Source: a bacterium
GTDB lineage: Bacteria > Caldisericota > Caldisericia > Cryosericales > Cryosericaceae
Direction of reading: 5' to 3'
Assembly (NCBI GenBank): GCA_021373025.1
Contig: JAJFTL010000036.1
Location: 1-18,133 of the forward strand
Length of the DNA stretch: 18,133 nucleotides
The notes under the pieces were generated by a model. That model was given only the letters and a program-made list of their open reading frames with translations. It made no database searches and was not told the DNA's origin. This document shows, in pieces, positions 7,706 through 14,952 of this stretch. A program made the translations under genes and the position numbers. Every line of letters starts with the position of its first letter. Position 1 is the first letter of the stretch.

Positions 7706-7738
7706 CGCTGGCTCGGCCCGTTTCGGGATGGAGCCAGC
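7706..7738 (-). promoter_or_regulatory. Stem-loop following the eutQ stop (GCTGGCTC...GAGCCAGC outer stem with an inner CCCG-AAA-CGGG). Candidate U-tract-less terminator or processing site.
   Basis: Minus-strand sequence: TAG TTATTGAGATACA GCTGGCTC CAT CCCG AAA CGGG CC GAGCCAGC GGTATCATG. The outer stem is an 8-bp perfect stem enclosing a 4-bp inner hairpin. Nothing downstream is U-rich. Confidence 0.35.
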
Positions 7739-7751
7739 TGTATCTCAATAA

Positions 7752-8447
7752 CTAGGAGTTGATCTGCTCTGTCCAGTTGGACGGGAACGTAACGTAGAAG
7801 ATCTTGGTCCAGGTCGGGGTATTCCAGTGAACAGCAGAACCCTTGGGGATGAAGACACAATCACCACGATCTGCAACGAGCGTCTTCCCCTCGCACGTGA
7901 TCTCCATGCGACCCTCAACGACGTAATCAATCTCGTCATAGTTTAGTGTCCAGCTGAAGCCAGGCCCCTTGTGCCATGACATGAATCCACCGGAAATGCT
8001 GGCGGAGTCATCCATCGTAATCACGTCCAAAAGTCGGAAATCAATCTCTGGTGGATCTCTCCGGACGCCATCTTTGTCAATGAGCGGGGAGGATGGCATA
8101 TCGGCATCTTGTGGATACTTTGCCAATTTCAGCTGGCCAGGACGAGTGCCATAGACCTTCGGTGTTGAGCACGGAGGGCATGTTTCAGGCTGACCAGCCG
8201 GTCCAAGACGCTCAAGAACGGCCTTGACAATCGCCTCAAGCTTGTCCGCGCTTGGTGCAGGCGCAGTCGTCGGAGCAGGAGCGCTGCCATGAATCGGTTC
8301 TCTGGAGTCTTCAAGCTTGATGCCCAGCTCGAGCGCGGTATCACGAGCCAAAGGGGTCAAGGTGTCACCAGGCTCGAGATGGAGGACAGTTTGTCCTTCG
8401 CTCTTGAGTCTTTCAATGTCGAACTTTGAAATGATGCGCTTCTCCAT
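7752..8447 (-). CDS. eutQ: EutQ, a cupin-fold ethanolamine utilisation protein (acetate-kinase type)
   Basis: 231 aa. The C-terminal cupin GDCVFIPKGSAVHWNTPTWTKIFYVTFPSNW matches E. coli EutQ GDVMFIPKGSSIEF...YVAWPANW. The N-terminal I-x-x-x-DI...TPLARDTALELGI motif is typical of EutQ. A Pro/Ala-rich linker separates the two parts. Confidence 0.75.
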   Translation of the reverse strand: MEKRIISKFDIERLKSEGQTVLHLEPGDTLTPLARDTALELGIKLEDSREPIHGSAPAPTTAPAPSADKLEAIVKAVLERLGPAGQPETCPPCSTPKVYGTRPGQLKLAKYPQDADMPSSPLIDKDGVRRDPPEIDFRLLDVITMDDSASISGGFMSWHKGPGFSWTLNYDEIDYVVEGRMEITCEGKTLVADRGDCVFIPKGSAVHWNTPTWTKIFYVTFPSNWTEQINS

Positions 8448-8546
8448 ATTGAATTCTACCTCCCTAAAGTATCGGCCGGAACAACCGTCTCGTCATACAC
8501 CCGAGAGTGCTGGAGCGACAGTCGTCCGACTGAGGTCGGGTACCAG

Positions 8547-8846
8547 CTACTCAGCGTCGGCCGGCCGCTTCGGCAGCAACATTTCCGTGTCGCTGGCTGG
8601 ACGAGGGATAACATGAACCGAGACAAGTTCACCGACGCGCTGAGCGGCGGCTGCACCTGCATCGGTAGCAGCTTTGACAGCTCCGACGTCACCACGTACC
8701 ATAACGGTAACAAGTCCGGAACCGATTCGTTCCTGGCCAATCAGCTTGACGTTTGCTGCCTTGACCATGGCGTCGGCGGCCTCAATAGCTCCGACGAGTC
8801 CCTTGGTTTCAATCATGCCAAGTGCAATCATGCCTGGATCTGCCAT
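8547..8846 (-). CDS. eutM: BMC-H hexameric shell protein (EutM/PduA family)
   Basis: [32 protein letters not shown]...[32 protein letters not shown] is the canonical BMC domain. An ATG at 8846 is preceded by AAGGAG at 8 nt. The ORF track start at 8855 is a GTG. Confidence 0.85.
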   Translation of the reverse strand: MADPGMIALGMIETKGLVGAIEAADAMVKAANVKLIGQERIGSGLVTVMVRGDVGAVKAATDAGAAAAQRVGELVSVHVIPRPASDTEMLLPKRPADAE

Positions 8847-8895
8847 AGGTATCACTCCTTTAAGAAAAAAATAGGAAAACTCTCTGGTTGTTGCT

Positions 8896-8921
8896 GCGTC
8901 CCCTGCTCGCGCAAGGGACGC
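8896..8921 (-). promoter_or_regulatory. Intercistronic hairpin between eutH and eutM (GCGTCCC...GGGACGC, about 7 to 10 bp). A T-rich stretch lies about 17 nt downstream.
   Basis: Minus-strand sequence: GCGTCCCTTGCGCGAGCAGGGGACGC, followed by AGCAACAACCAGAGAGTTTTCCTATTTTTTTCTTAAAGGAG ... ATG. Confidence 0.35.
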
Positions 8922-8935
8922 ATAGTCCCGAATTC

Positions 8936-10111
8936 TTAGGCTGCCACCGGTTCGCGGTAGTCAGCCTTCGGAGCAACCAGAGTTGCTATGATAAGACCGA
9001 GGATACCGGCAAAAAGCTTGCCGATGATTAACGGCCCGATAAACTCCTTCGCGTTAGCCGCCGTGAATCCGAGGTGGTCAGCAAAGGTGAAGGCTGCGGC
9101 AACCTGAAATGCCGCGTTGAGTACCTTTCCACGAGGTGTCATGTCCTTGAACATACCCCACATGGGAATGTTGTTCGCGAGCGTCGCAACAAGTCCTGCA
9201 GCGCCGACATTGTCCATACCCAGCATCCTGCCAAGAGAACTAAGGGGCTTTGCAAGAACGGTCGTCAGGAACTTTACCATTGGATAGGCACCAGCAAGAG
9301 CCAATGCAATGGAGCCAATGACTTCAAGACCTTCCATGACCATAGCCTGGGCCTCGGGATCATAGTGAGAGAACGTGGGGGACATGCCTTGGAGAATCGT
9401 TACGCCGGTCTGGGTCTGGAAGATGACAAGGCCAAGACCCACGAGGATGAAGCTGGTGATGAACTTGCCGAAGTAGATGAAGCCCTTGACCATTGCTTCG
9501 CGCGCAAACAGAAGACCTGCAGCGATCAGAGCTGCAACAATGAAGACGGGAACAAGGTAGGCAAGGGACAGCCCGAAGGGATTGCCTGCCAGAACACTCT
9601 GAAGCAACGCACCAAACGGGGCAACGATGATGCCAGCCAGAATACCAAGCGCCAGATACTTGCGATCTTTTGCTTCAATGATACCAAGTCCGACAGGGAT
9701 GTTGAAGACGATGTTGACACCGAAAACGGAGCCCAGGAGCAGACCACCGAAGTAACCGACCCAGACAGGATCGCCGGCGGTCTTGGCAAGCTGGAGACCG
9801 AGGGGCGTTGCACCCATGTCGATAGCCAGCAGTGTGCCAGCGAACATGGCGGTCTTGGAGCCAAGAGCAGTGTAGATCGGGCCAACCACCGGGATCAGCC
9901 ACTTGCCAAGCAATGGAGTCATTGCGATGATTCCAACCATGGCAAGCGCCAGGGGGCCCATGGCGTTGAAGCCATTCTCCATCTCTGCACCAAAACCATC
10001 AATAATCGGAACCTTCCAGTCTGGAGCCCAATATTTGATGATCCTGTCGATAATGCCAAGAACTGCGAAGATTGCCATGATCCACAATACTACTTTGCTA
10101 ATTGCAGCCAT
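8936..10111 (-). CDS. eutH: EutH ethanolamine permease
   Basis: About 391 aa polytopic membrane protein with many hydrophobic helices, in the EutH family context between eutE and eutM. The start is re-assigned to the ATG at 10111 ([15 protein letters not shown]...), which is preceded by AGGAAGGGG. The ORF track extends a further 44 codons to 10243. Confidence 0.8.
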   Translation of the reverse strand: MAAISKVVLWIMAIFAVLGIIDRIIKYWAPDWKVPIIDGFGAEMENGFNAMGPLALAMVGIIAMTPLLGKWLIPVVGPIYTALGSKTAMFAGTLLAIDMGATPLGLQLAKTAGDPVWVGYFGGLLLGSVFGVNIVFNIPVGLGIIEAKDRKYLALGILAGIIVAPFGALLQSVLAGNPFGLSLAYLVPVFIVAALIAAGLLFAREAMVKGFIYFGKFITSFILVGLGLVIFQTQTGVTILQGMSPTFSHYDPEAQAMVMEGLEVIGSIALALAGAYPMVKFLTTVLAKPLSSLGRMLGMDNVGAAGLVATLANNIPMWGMFKDMTPRGKVLNAAFQVAAAFTFADHLGFTAANAKEFIGPLIIGKLFAGILGLIIATLVAPKADYREPVAA

Positions 10112-10273
10112 TACTACACCCCTTCCTTTGCATGAGAGTATGGTATATTGCACAGCCAACGTACTATTCCAACTAGTCGGAATCTCACTTTTCTGTTCTG
10201 TCCAGGCCTTGCCTCCTCTCCGGCCACTGCAGTCACTGCCCATTTGGCCGTCACAGCGTCACGTTCTTCCATC

Positions 10274-11773
10274 CTACCCCTTGTGCGCCAGTTCCTCGCG
10301 GATCACCTTGCGCACCATTGCCTCGATCTCTGACGTAGATGGCTTTTCAGATGTCGCCGAGGCAGCTGGAGCGGAAACGGACGATGACCTGCGCCCATCT
10401 ACGATGGGTGGTTCAAACGGCCGCAGTCCATACGCGATGCGTTTCACATTGAACAGGTGATACACCGTGATGTTGTCACTGCTGATACCACCACCCATAC
10501 CACCAGTAGCCAGGGTCAACGAGGGCATGAGGCCGGTCGTGTACCCAATGGCGCCGCCTGTGGTGCCGGCGTTGACAATGATACGGAATGCAGGTTTCTG
10601 AAGCCCGAACTGCATGATGATGTCCTCATCAGTGCAGTGTAATCCCATCGTGTGTCCCTTGCCGCCAAACTCAAGTATCTCGATGCACCGCGCACACCCA
10701 GCGTGCCACCCGTCCTCGACAAAAAAAGCAACCACGGGGGCAAGCTTCTCGCGCGAAAGAGGGACCTTTGGACCAACTTCGGAGAGCCTGGCGACCAGAA
10801 TGCGTGCCTCGTCAGGAACCTTGAATCCGGCTTGTTCGGCCAGCACCTGTGGTGAGCGCCCTACAAAGTTGGCCTGCATGAGTCCGTTCGAACGGATCAT
10901 GGCTTTGCCCAGCTTGTCAGCCTGCTCATCTGACAAGAAGTATGCCCCGTTTCTCTCCAGGGCTTTCACAAGCTGGTCGGCGATCGGTTTGTCTGCAATG
11001 ATGGCATTCTCATGAGCACAGATGACCGCGTGGTCAAAGTTGACGCTGGTCACAATGTCATGAGCTGCCTTCTCGATGTCCGCGCTGCGATCGACGTAGA
11101 GCGGAACGTTACCAGGACCGACGCCGAGTGCCGGTTTGCCTACGCTGTGCGCGTATGAAACCATGGCTTCGCCACCGGTTGCAACAATCAGCTTGATCTC
11201 GGGCCGCTTGAGCAGCTCCGATGTTCCTTCCATGCTGATGTGTGTCATGCAGCTGATGAGGCCCTTGGGGGCTCCAGCAGCCTCTGCCGCCTCTTCTAGA
11301 ATGCGAACCGCCTCAGCGGTACACTTCGGGGCCGAAGGGTGTGGAAGAATAATGATAGCATTGCGCGCCTTGACGGCGGTAATCGCATTGAAGATTGCTG
11401 TGGATGTCGGGTTGGTCGTGGGGACCATAGCGGCAATGACACCAAAGGGCCAGGCGATCTCGATGATCTTATTGGCTTCATCACGTCTGATAACGCCCTC
11501 TGTCCGAACATCCTTGATGGACATCCATACGTTCTTCGATGCAAACTGGTTTTTGATCGTCTTGTGCTCAGCGACACCCATGTGCGTCTCTTCGGCTGCC
11601 ATGCGGCCAAGACGCTCTGCTGCTTCGTATGCAGCTTCAGCCATCGATGCACAGACGACGTCAACCTGGTATTGGTTAAAGTGAACAAATGCTTCCTGCG
11701 CGACCTCAGCCTGCTGTGCCAGATTTCGGGCCTCTTGAATAGAGAGCAGGTCTTGGTCGAGTTCTTCCGGCAT
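10274..11773 (-). CDS. eutE: EutE/PduP-type CoA-acylating aldehyde dehydrogenase with a C-terminal encapsulation-peptide-like helix
   Basis: 499 aa with an ALDH fold. The catalytic-Cys region reads VNFDHAVICAHENAII. The ATGGEAMV region typical of acylating ALDHs is present. After the catalytic domain comes an S/A-rich linker (RRSSSVSAPAASATSEKPSTS), then an amphipathic helix EIEAMVRKVIREELAHKG at the extreme C-terminus. An SD AAGAGGAGG lies upstream. Confidence 0.9.
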   Translation of the reverse strand: MPEELDQDLLSIQEARNLAQQAEVAQEAFVHFNQYQVDVVCASMAEAAYEAAERLGRMAAEETHMGVAEHKTIKNQFASKNVWMSIKDVRTEGVIRRDEANKIIEIAWPFGVIAAMVPTTNPTSTAIFNAITAVKARNAIIILPHPSAPKCTAEAVRILEEAAEAAGAPKGLISCMTHISMEGTSELLKRPEIKLIVATGGEAMVSYAHSVGKPALGVGPGNVPLYVDRSADIEKAAHDIVTSVNFDHAVICAHENAIIADKPIADQLVKALERNGAYFLSDEQADKLGKAMIRSNGLMQANFVGRSPQVLAEQAGFKVPDEARILVARLSEVGPKVPLSREKLAPVVAFFVEDGWHAGCARCIEILEFGGKGHTMGLHCTDEDIIMQFGLQKPAFRIIVNAGTTGGAIGYTTGLMPSLTLATGGMGGGISSDNITVYHLFNVKRIAYGLRPFEPPIVDGRRSSSVSAPAASATSEKPSTSEIEAMVRKVIREELAHKG

Positions 11774-11801
11774 GTTCTGCCTCCTCTTACAGATCTCCGC
11801 C

Positions 11802-11821
11802 CCGGTTCAGACTCAAACCGG
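11802..11821 (-). promoter_or_regulatory. Intercistronic hairpin between eutL and eutE (CCGGTT-TGAGTCTG-AACCGG)
   Basis: 6-bp perfect stem with an 8-nt loop. The strong eutE SD AAGAGGAGG follows. Confidence 0.3.
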
Positions 11822-11865
11822 AACGCCTATCAGAAACGACGTCGTGCGAGTTGCAGAACACTACT

Positions 11866-12540
11866 CTACTGGAAGGCCAGCGGGTCCTGGGCCACAGACA
11901 TGATGGCCTCATCGAACGCACGGCAGGCGGCACGGCAAGCACTCTGTGTGCCGACCAGATAAGCGCCCTGATAGTTGGTCTCACTGAGCTGCGTGAATGC
12001 GCCAACTGATACATCAGCAGCCTTCAATGCCCGCTCCATCGCATAGGTACCTTCAAGAGGCGGTGCAGTGATGTATGCAATCGGTGTGCCGGCTGGAACT
12101 CCGGCCTCCTTCGAGAGATATGTGCCGGTACGGGAGATTGTGTACGCCAGCCAGACCAGTGTGGGCACAACACTAAAGTGCGGCATTGTGACCGTCGAGT
12201 ATCGCAGCGAGTCCACAAACTCGAAGACTGCATTGATCCCCGCAGTAGCTTCTGCAGGATTTGGCGCCGCCAGGAAAAGCATAGCTTCGCCCGAAATGGG
12301 ACCAGACGGGTAGCTACCACCAGCGAAGTGCGAGCGGCAGTATGCTACACGGACCTCGGCTTTCTTGGTCGCTTCATCTCCGCCGATATACAGCGGATCA
12401 TCGATATTGCAGGTGAACATTGCCAGACTCTTCTCACCTTCGAGGAGACCCAGTGTCTTGGCCATGTCGGGATGAACATTGGGAATGAGTCTCACCGACA
12501 GGATTTCTGGCTTCAGGGTACGTTCCATCTCTAGAGCCAT
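11866..12540 (-). CDS. eutL: EutL, a tandem-domain BMC-T shell protein
   Basis: 224 aa. It aligns along its length with E. coli EutL, including IGGDEATKKAEVRVAY, GPNPAEATAG, VSRTGTYLS, YITAPPLE and GTQSACRAACRAF. An SD GGAAGGAG lies upstream. Confidence 0.85.
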   Translation of the reverse strand: MALEMERTLKPEILSVRLIPNVHPDMAKTLGLLEGEKSLAMFTCNIDDPLYIGGDEATKKAEVRVAYCRSHFAGGSYPSGPISGEAMLFLAAPNPAEATAGINAVFEFVDSLRYSTVTMPHFSVVPTLVWLAYTISRTGTYLSKEAGVPAGTPIAYITAPPLEGTYAMERALKAADVSVGAFTQLSETNYQGAYLVGTQSACRAACRAFDEAIMSVAQDPLAFQ

Positions 12541-12690
12541 GTCATTTTACTCCTTCCTAATACTCGTTCTCAGGTTGCCCGGAACATCTCTTGAGACTAT
12601 TCCAGACCCTTCGACGGAATCCAGCAGCCGGTCCCGGGGCAGATCCCAGGATCGTGGAATCGACCCCAGGGACCGGTGATTACTACCGTA
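12541..12690 (-). promoter_or_regulatory. 150-nt structured eutC2-eutL intergenic region containing a long GC-rich inverted repeat, nested short palindromes and a twice-repeated GGATTCC motif
   Basis: Minus-strand sequence: CACCGGTCCCTGGGG TCGATTCCACGATCCTGGGATCT GCCCCGGGACCGG (about 12-bp imperfect stem), then CTGGATTCCGTCGAAGGGTCTGGAATAG. The eutL SD GGAAGGAG follows. No U-tract and no recognisable riboswitch consensus was found. Confidence 0.3.
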
Positions 12691-13557
12691 CTAAGCTCTC
12701 TTCGCAGTGGCGAGTGCAACGCCGCTGGTCTTGTACTTCAGGTAATCCTTGACAAGAGCGACTGCCTCAGCAGCTGCTTCGATCGGGTCCTTGCCGCGCT
12801 TGGAGATCATGCAGATGTTGTCGCGGTTAGCATCGGTCGTGAGCGGCTCCCAACGAGGCTTGTAGCCCATGTAGATGGAGAGTGCATCAGAGATGATGAG
12901 ACCCGGGCGCTCGCCAATCAGTACGACGACGACCTCTGCGTTCAGGAGCGCTCCAACATCATTCATGATGCCGACGCGTGCGCGGTTGACATAGATCGGG
13001 GTACCGATATTGATGCCGGCAGCCTTGAGTCCATCAATCATTGCATTCAGGACGTCCTTGGCGGAATGCTCGATGGCGTATCCACTCAGGCCGTTGCTGA
13101 CAACAAACTGAACGGTCGGGTTCTTGGCACACTTCTCAAGAACGACGGCCTTGGCCTCGTCACTCAGCTTTCGGCCAAGCGGAGGAAAGCGCAGATAGGT
13201 CTCAAGAGAGCCATTTGCAGCAGTCTCGCCGACATGTAGGAGTCCCATTGCCGTAACGGTCTCTTCTGGAATAACGTACTTCAATGAGTCCTGTGTAGCA
13301 GCATGGTCCGCTCGCATCTGGAAATACGTGAGCAGCTTTGGACGGGGACCGTTGCGACCAACGCAAATGCGAAGAGGTGTCGCATGGATGAGGGCCTTTG
13401 CGCCTTCAGGATCGACCGGATGATCGATGCCAACAGTTTCGCGAGCCTCTGTCGTCGTCACATCGGTCACGTCACAGCTGAACTTGGCAGCTTCGTCGCG
13501 CCTTGCTACAATGTCAGCCTGGCTCTGCTTTCCAACGTAAAGTTCGTATGTAGCCAT
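12691..13557 (-). CDS. eutC: Ethanolamine ammonia-lyase small subunit EutC, copy 2 (with an N-terminal extension of roughly 50 aa)
   Basis: 288 aa. The ATPLRICVGRNGPRP motif and the C-terminal GERPGL...SIYMGYKP region are conserved. It lies 15 nt downstream of eutB2. Confidence 0.85.
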   Translation of the reverse strand: MATYELYVGKQSQADIVARRDEAAKFSCDVTDVTTTEARETVGIDHPVDPEGAKALIHATPLRICVGRNGPRPKLLTYFQMRADHAATQDSLKYVIPEETVTAMGLLHVGETAANGSLETYLRFPPLGRKLSDEAKAVVLEKCAKNPTVQFVVSNGLSGYAIEHSAKDVLNAMIDGLKAAGINIGTPIYVNRARVGIMNDVGALLNAEVVVVLIGERPGLIISDALSIYMGYKPRWEPLTTDANRDNICMISKRGKDPIEAAAEAVALVKDYLKYKTSGVALATAKRA

Positions 13558-13572
13558 GTCTACTCTCCTTTC

Positions 13573-14940
13573 CTACCGCTTCAGGAAGAACGATGCGTCG
13601 CCGGCCTTGTCGGTCAGTTTGCCATTCTTGAGCAGGCCAAGTTCCTCAAGCCACTGCTCCCATTCAGGAGCGGGGCGAGTACCCATTGCACTCCAGAGCG
13701 AAGCGGTATCGTGGAAGCTTGCGCACTGATAGCTCAACATGACATCGTCTCCCATCGGCACGCCCATATGGTAGTTGCAGCCGGCGACGGCATCAAGGAC
13801 CATCAGGAACTCGTTCGTGTTCTGATCGGCGCGGACGTGGTTCGTGTAGCAGTTGTCCAACCCGAGCGGAATGCCGAGGAGTTTCCCGCAGAAGTGATCC
13901 TCAAGACCAGCGCGCATGATTTCGTCGGAGTTGTACAGATATTCCGGTCCGATGAACCCTACAACGGAGTTGACGCCGATAGGATTGTAACGACGGGCAA
14001 GGGCATGCTTGCGTGCTTCGAGTGTCAGCTGGTCAGCACCATTGTTCGCATAGGCGGACAGTTCTGTGCCTTCACCAGTCTCAAAATACATATAGTTGGG
14101 GCCTTCAGCATAGCAGTACTTGTGTGCCAGTTCATTGGCTTCGTCAAGCATGCCAACTTCGACACCGAAGGACTCAAGAGCAGCCTGGGTTCCCGCAATG
14201 CTCTGGAAGACCTGGCCAATCTTGGCACCCTTCTTCAGACACTCCATCTGCGTCGTAACATGGCCCAAAATGCAGTTGGACGCAGGGATATTCCACGTCT
14301 GCTTGATATCCCACAAGACGTCGTAGATCTTCATGAGGTTCTCAACCTGGTCAATTGCCGGGTTAATGCCGATAACCTGGTCGCCGATGCCATATGACAA
14401 ACCATCGTAGACCTCGGCGCGAATGGCATCGATGTCATCGGTTGGATGGTTTGGCTGAAGACGTGCACCAATGCGACCGGGGAGGCCCATTGTACAAACG
14501 TTGTGAACCACGCACGGCATCTTCTTGCCCCCGACAATAAGGTCAAGGCTTGAGCAAAGCTTGGCGATGGCCGCAGCCATTTCGCCGGTAAGACCATGGC
14601 TGATTGCTCTGATGTCTTCAGATGAGGTATTCTCATCAAGGATCCAGGCGCGCATCTCACCAACAGTCTTGTTTTTGATCTTCTCGTAGGCGACGGCGTC
14701 AATGTCATCGTCAATAGCACGAGTGACCTCGTCTTCTTCATACGGAACAACCGGCTGGGCGCGGAGAACCCACATCGGGATCTCGGCAAGAACAGTCTTT
14801 GCCGCTACCCTTTCCTCAACACTTTTTGCGGCAACACCCGCCCCTTCGTCGCCGGACTTCTGTTCGTTCGCTTTGGCGAGAACTTCTTTGACGTCTTTGA
14901 ACTCGTACGTTCTGCCAAACAGTTTAGTACGAAATGCCAT
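13573..14940 (-). CDS. eutB: Ethanolamine ammonia-lyase large subunit EutB, copy 2 (canonical-like)
   Basis: 455 aa. PNHPTDDIDAIRAEVYDGLSYGIGDQVIGINP, NYMYFETGEGTELS, VVGFIGPEYLYNSDEIMRAGLEDHF, NCYTNHVRADQNT and GVPMGDDVMLSYQ closely match canonical EutB. Confidence 0.9.
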   Translation of the reverse strand: MAFRTKLFGRTYEFKDVKEVLAKANEQKSGDEGAGVAAKSVEERVAAKTVLAEIPMWVLRAQPVVPYEEDEVTRAIDDDIDAVAYEKIKNKTVGEMRAWILDENTSSEDIRAISHGLTGEMAAAIAKLCSSLDLIVGGKKMPCVVHNVCTMGLPGRIGARLQPNHPTDDIDAIRAEVYDGLSYGIGDQVIGINPAIDQVENLMKIYDVLWDIKQTWNIPASNCILGHVTTQMECLKKGAKIGQVFQSIAGTQAALESFGVEVGMLDEANELAHKYCYAEGPNYMYFETGEGTELSAYANNGADQLTLEARKHALARRYNPIGVNSVVGFIGPEYLYNSDEIMRAGLEDHFCGKLLGIPLGLDNCYTNHVRADQNTNEFLMVLDAVAGCNYHMGVPMGDDVMLSYQCASFHDTASLWSAMGTRPAPEWEQWLEELGLLKNGKLTDKAGDASFFLKR

Positions 14941-14952
14941 GTTTCCTCCTTG

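Noticed and set aside
7587-7748. N-terminal extensions in the ORF track for the HAD hydrolase (to 7748), EutH (to 10243), EutA (to 16488), EutM (GTG at 8855) and PduT (GTG at 2171)
   Set aside because: In each case an internal ATG is preceded by a good Shine-Dalgarno at 6 to 9 nt and gives the family-typical N-terminus (a signal peptide for HAD, the first TM helix for EutH, the ASKHA motif for EutA). The extensions run through intergenic hairpins and have no homology.
8674-8874. Two mutually similar plus-strand ORFs (8674-8874 and 17001-17264) that might look like a conserved small-protein family
   Set aside because: They are the antisense frames of the two paralogous BMC-H domains (eutM and the BMC-HhH fusion). 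Their similarity simply mirrors the sense-strand paralogy.
10112-10273. Possible internal sigma70-like promoter in the eutE-eutH spacer (TTGGAA, 17 nt, AATATA)
   Set aside because: The -10 element matches only 3 of 6 positions. The organism and its sigma-factor preferences are unknown. It could equally be chance in a 160-nt spacer.
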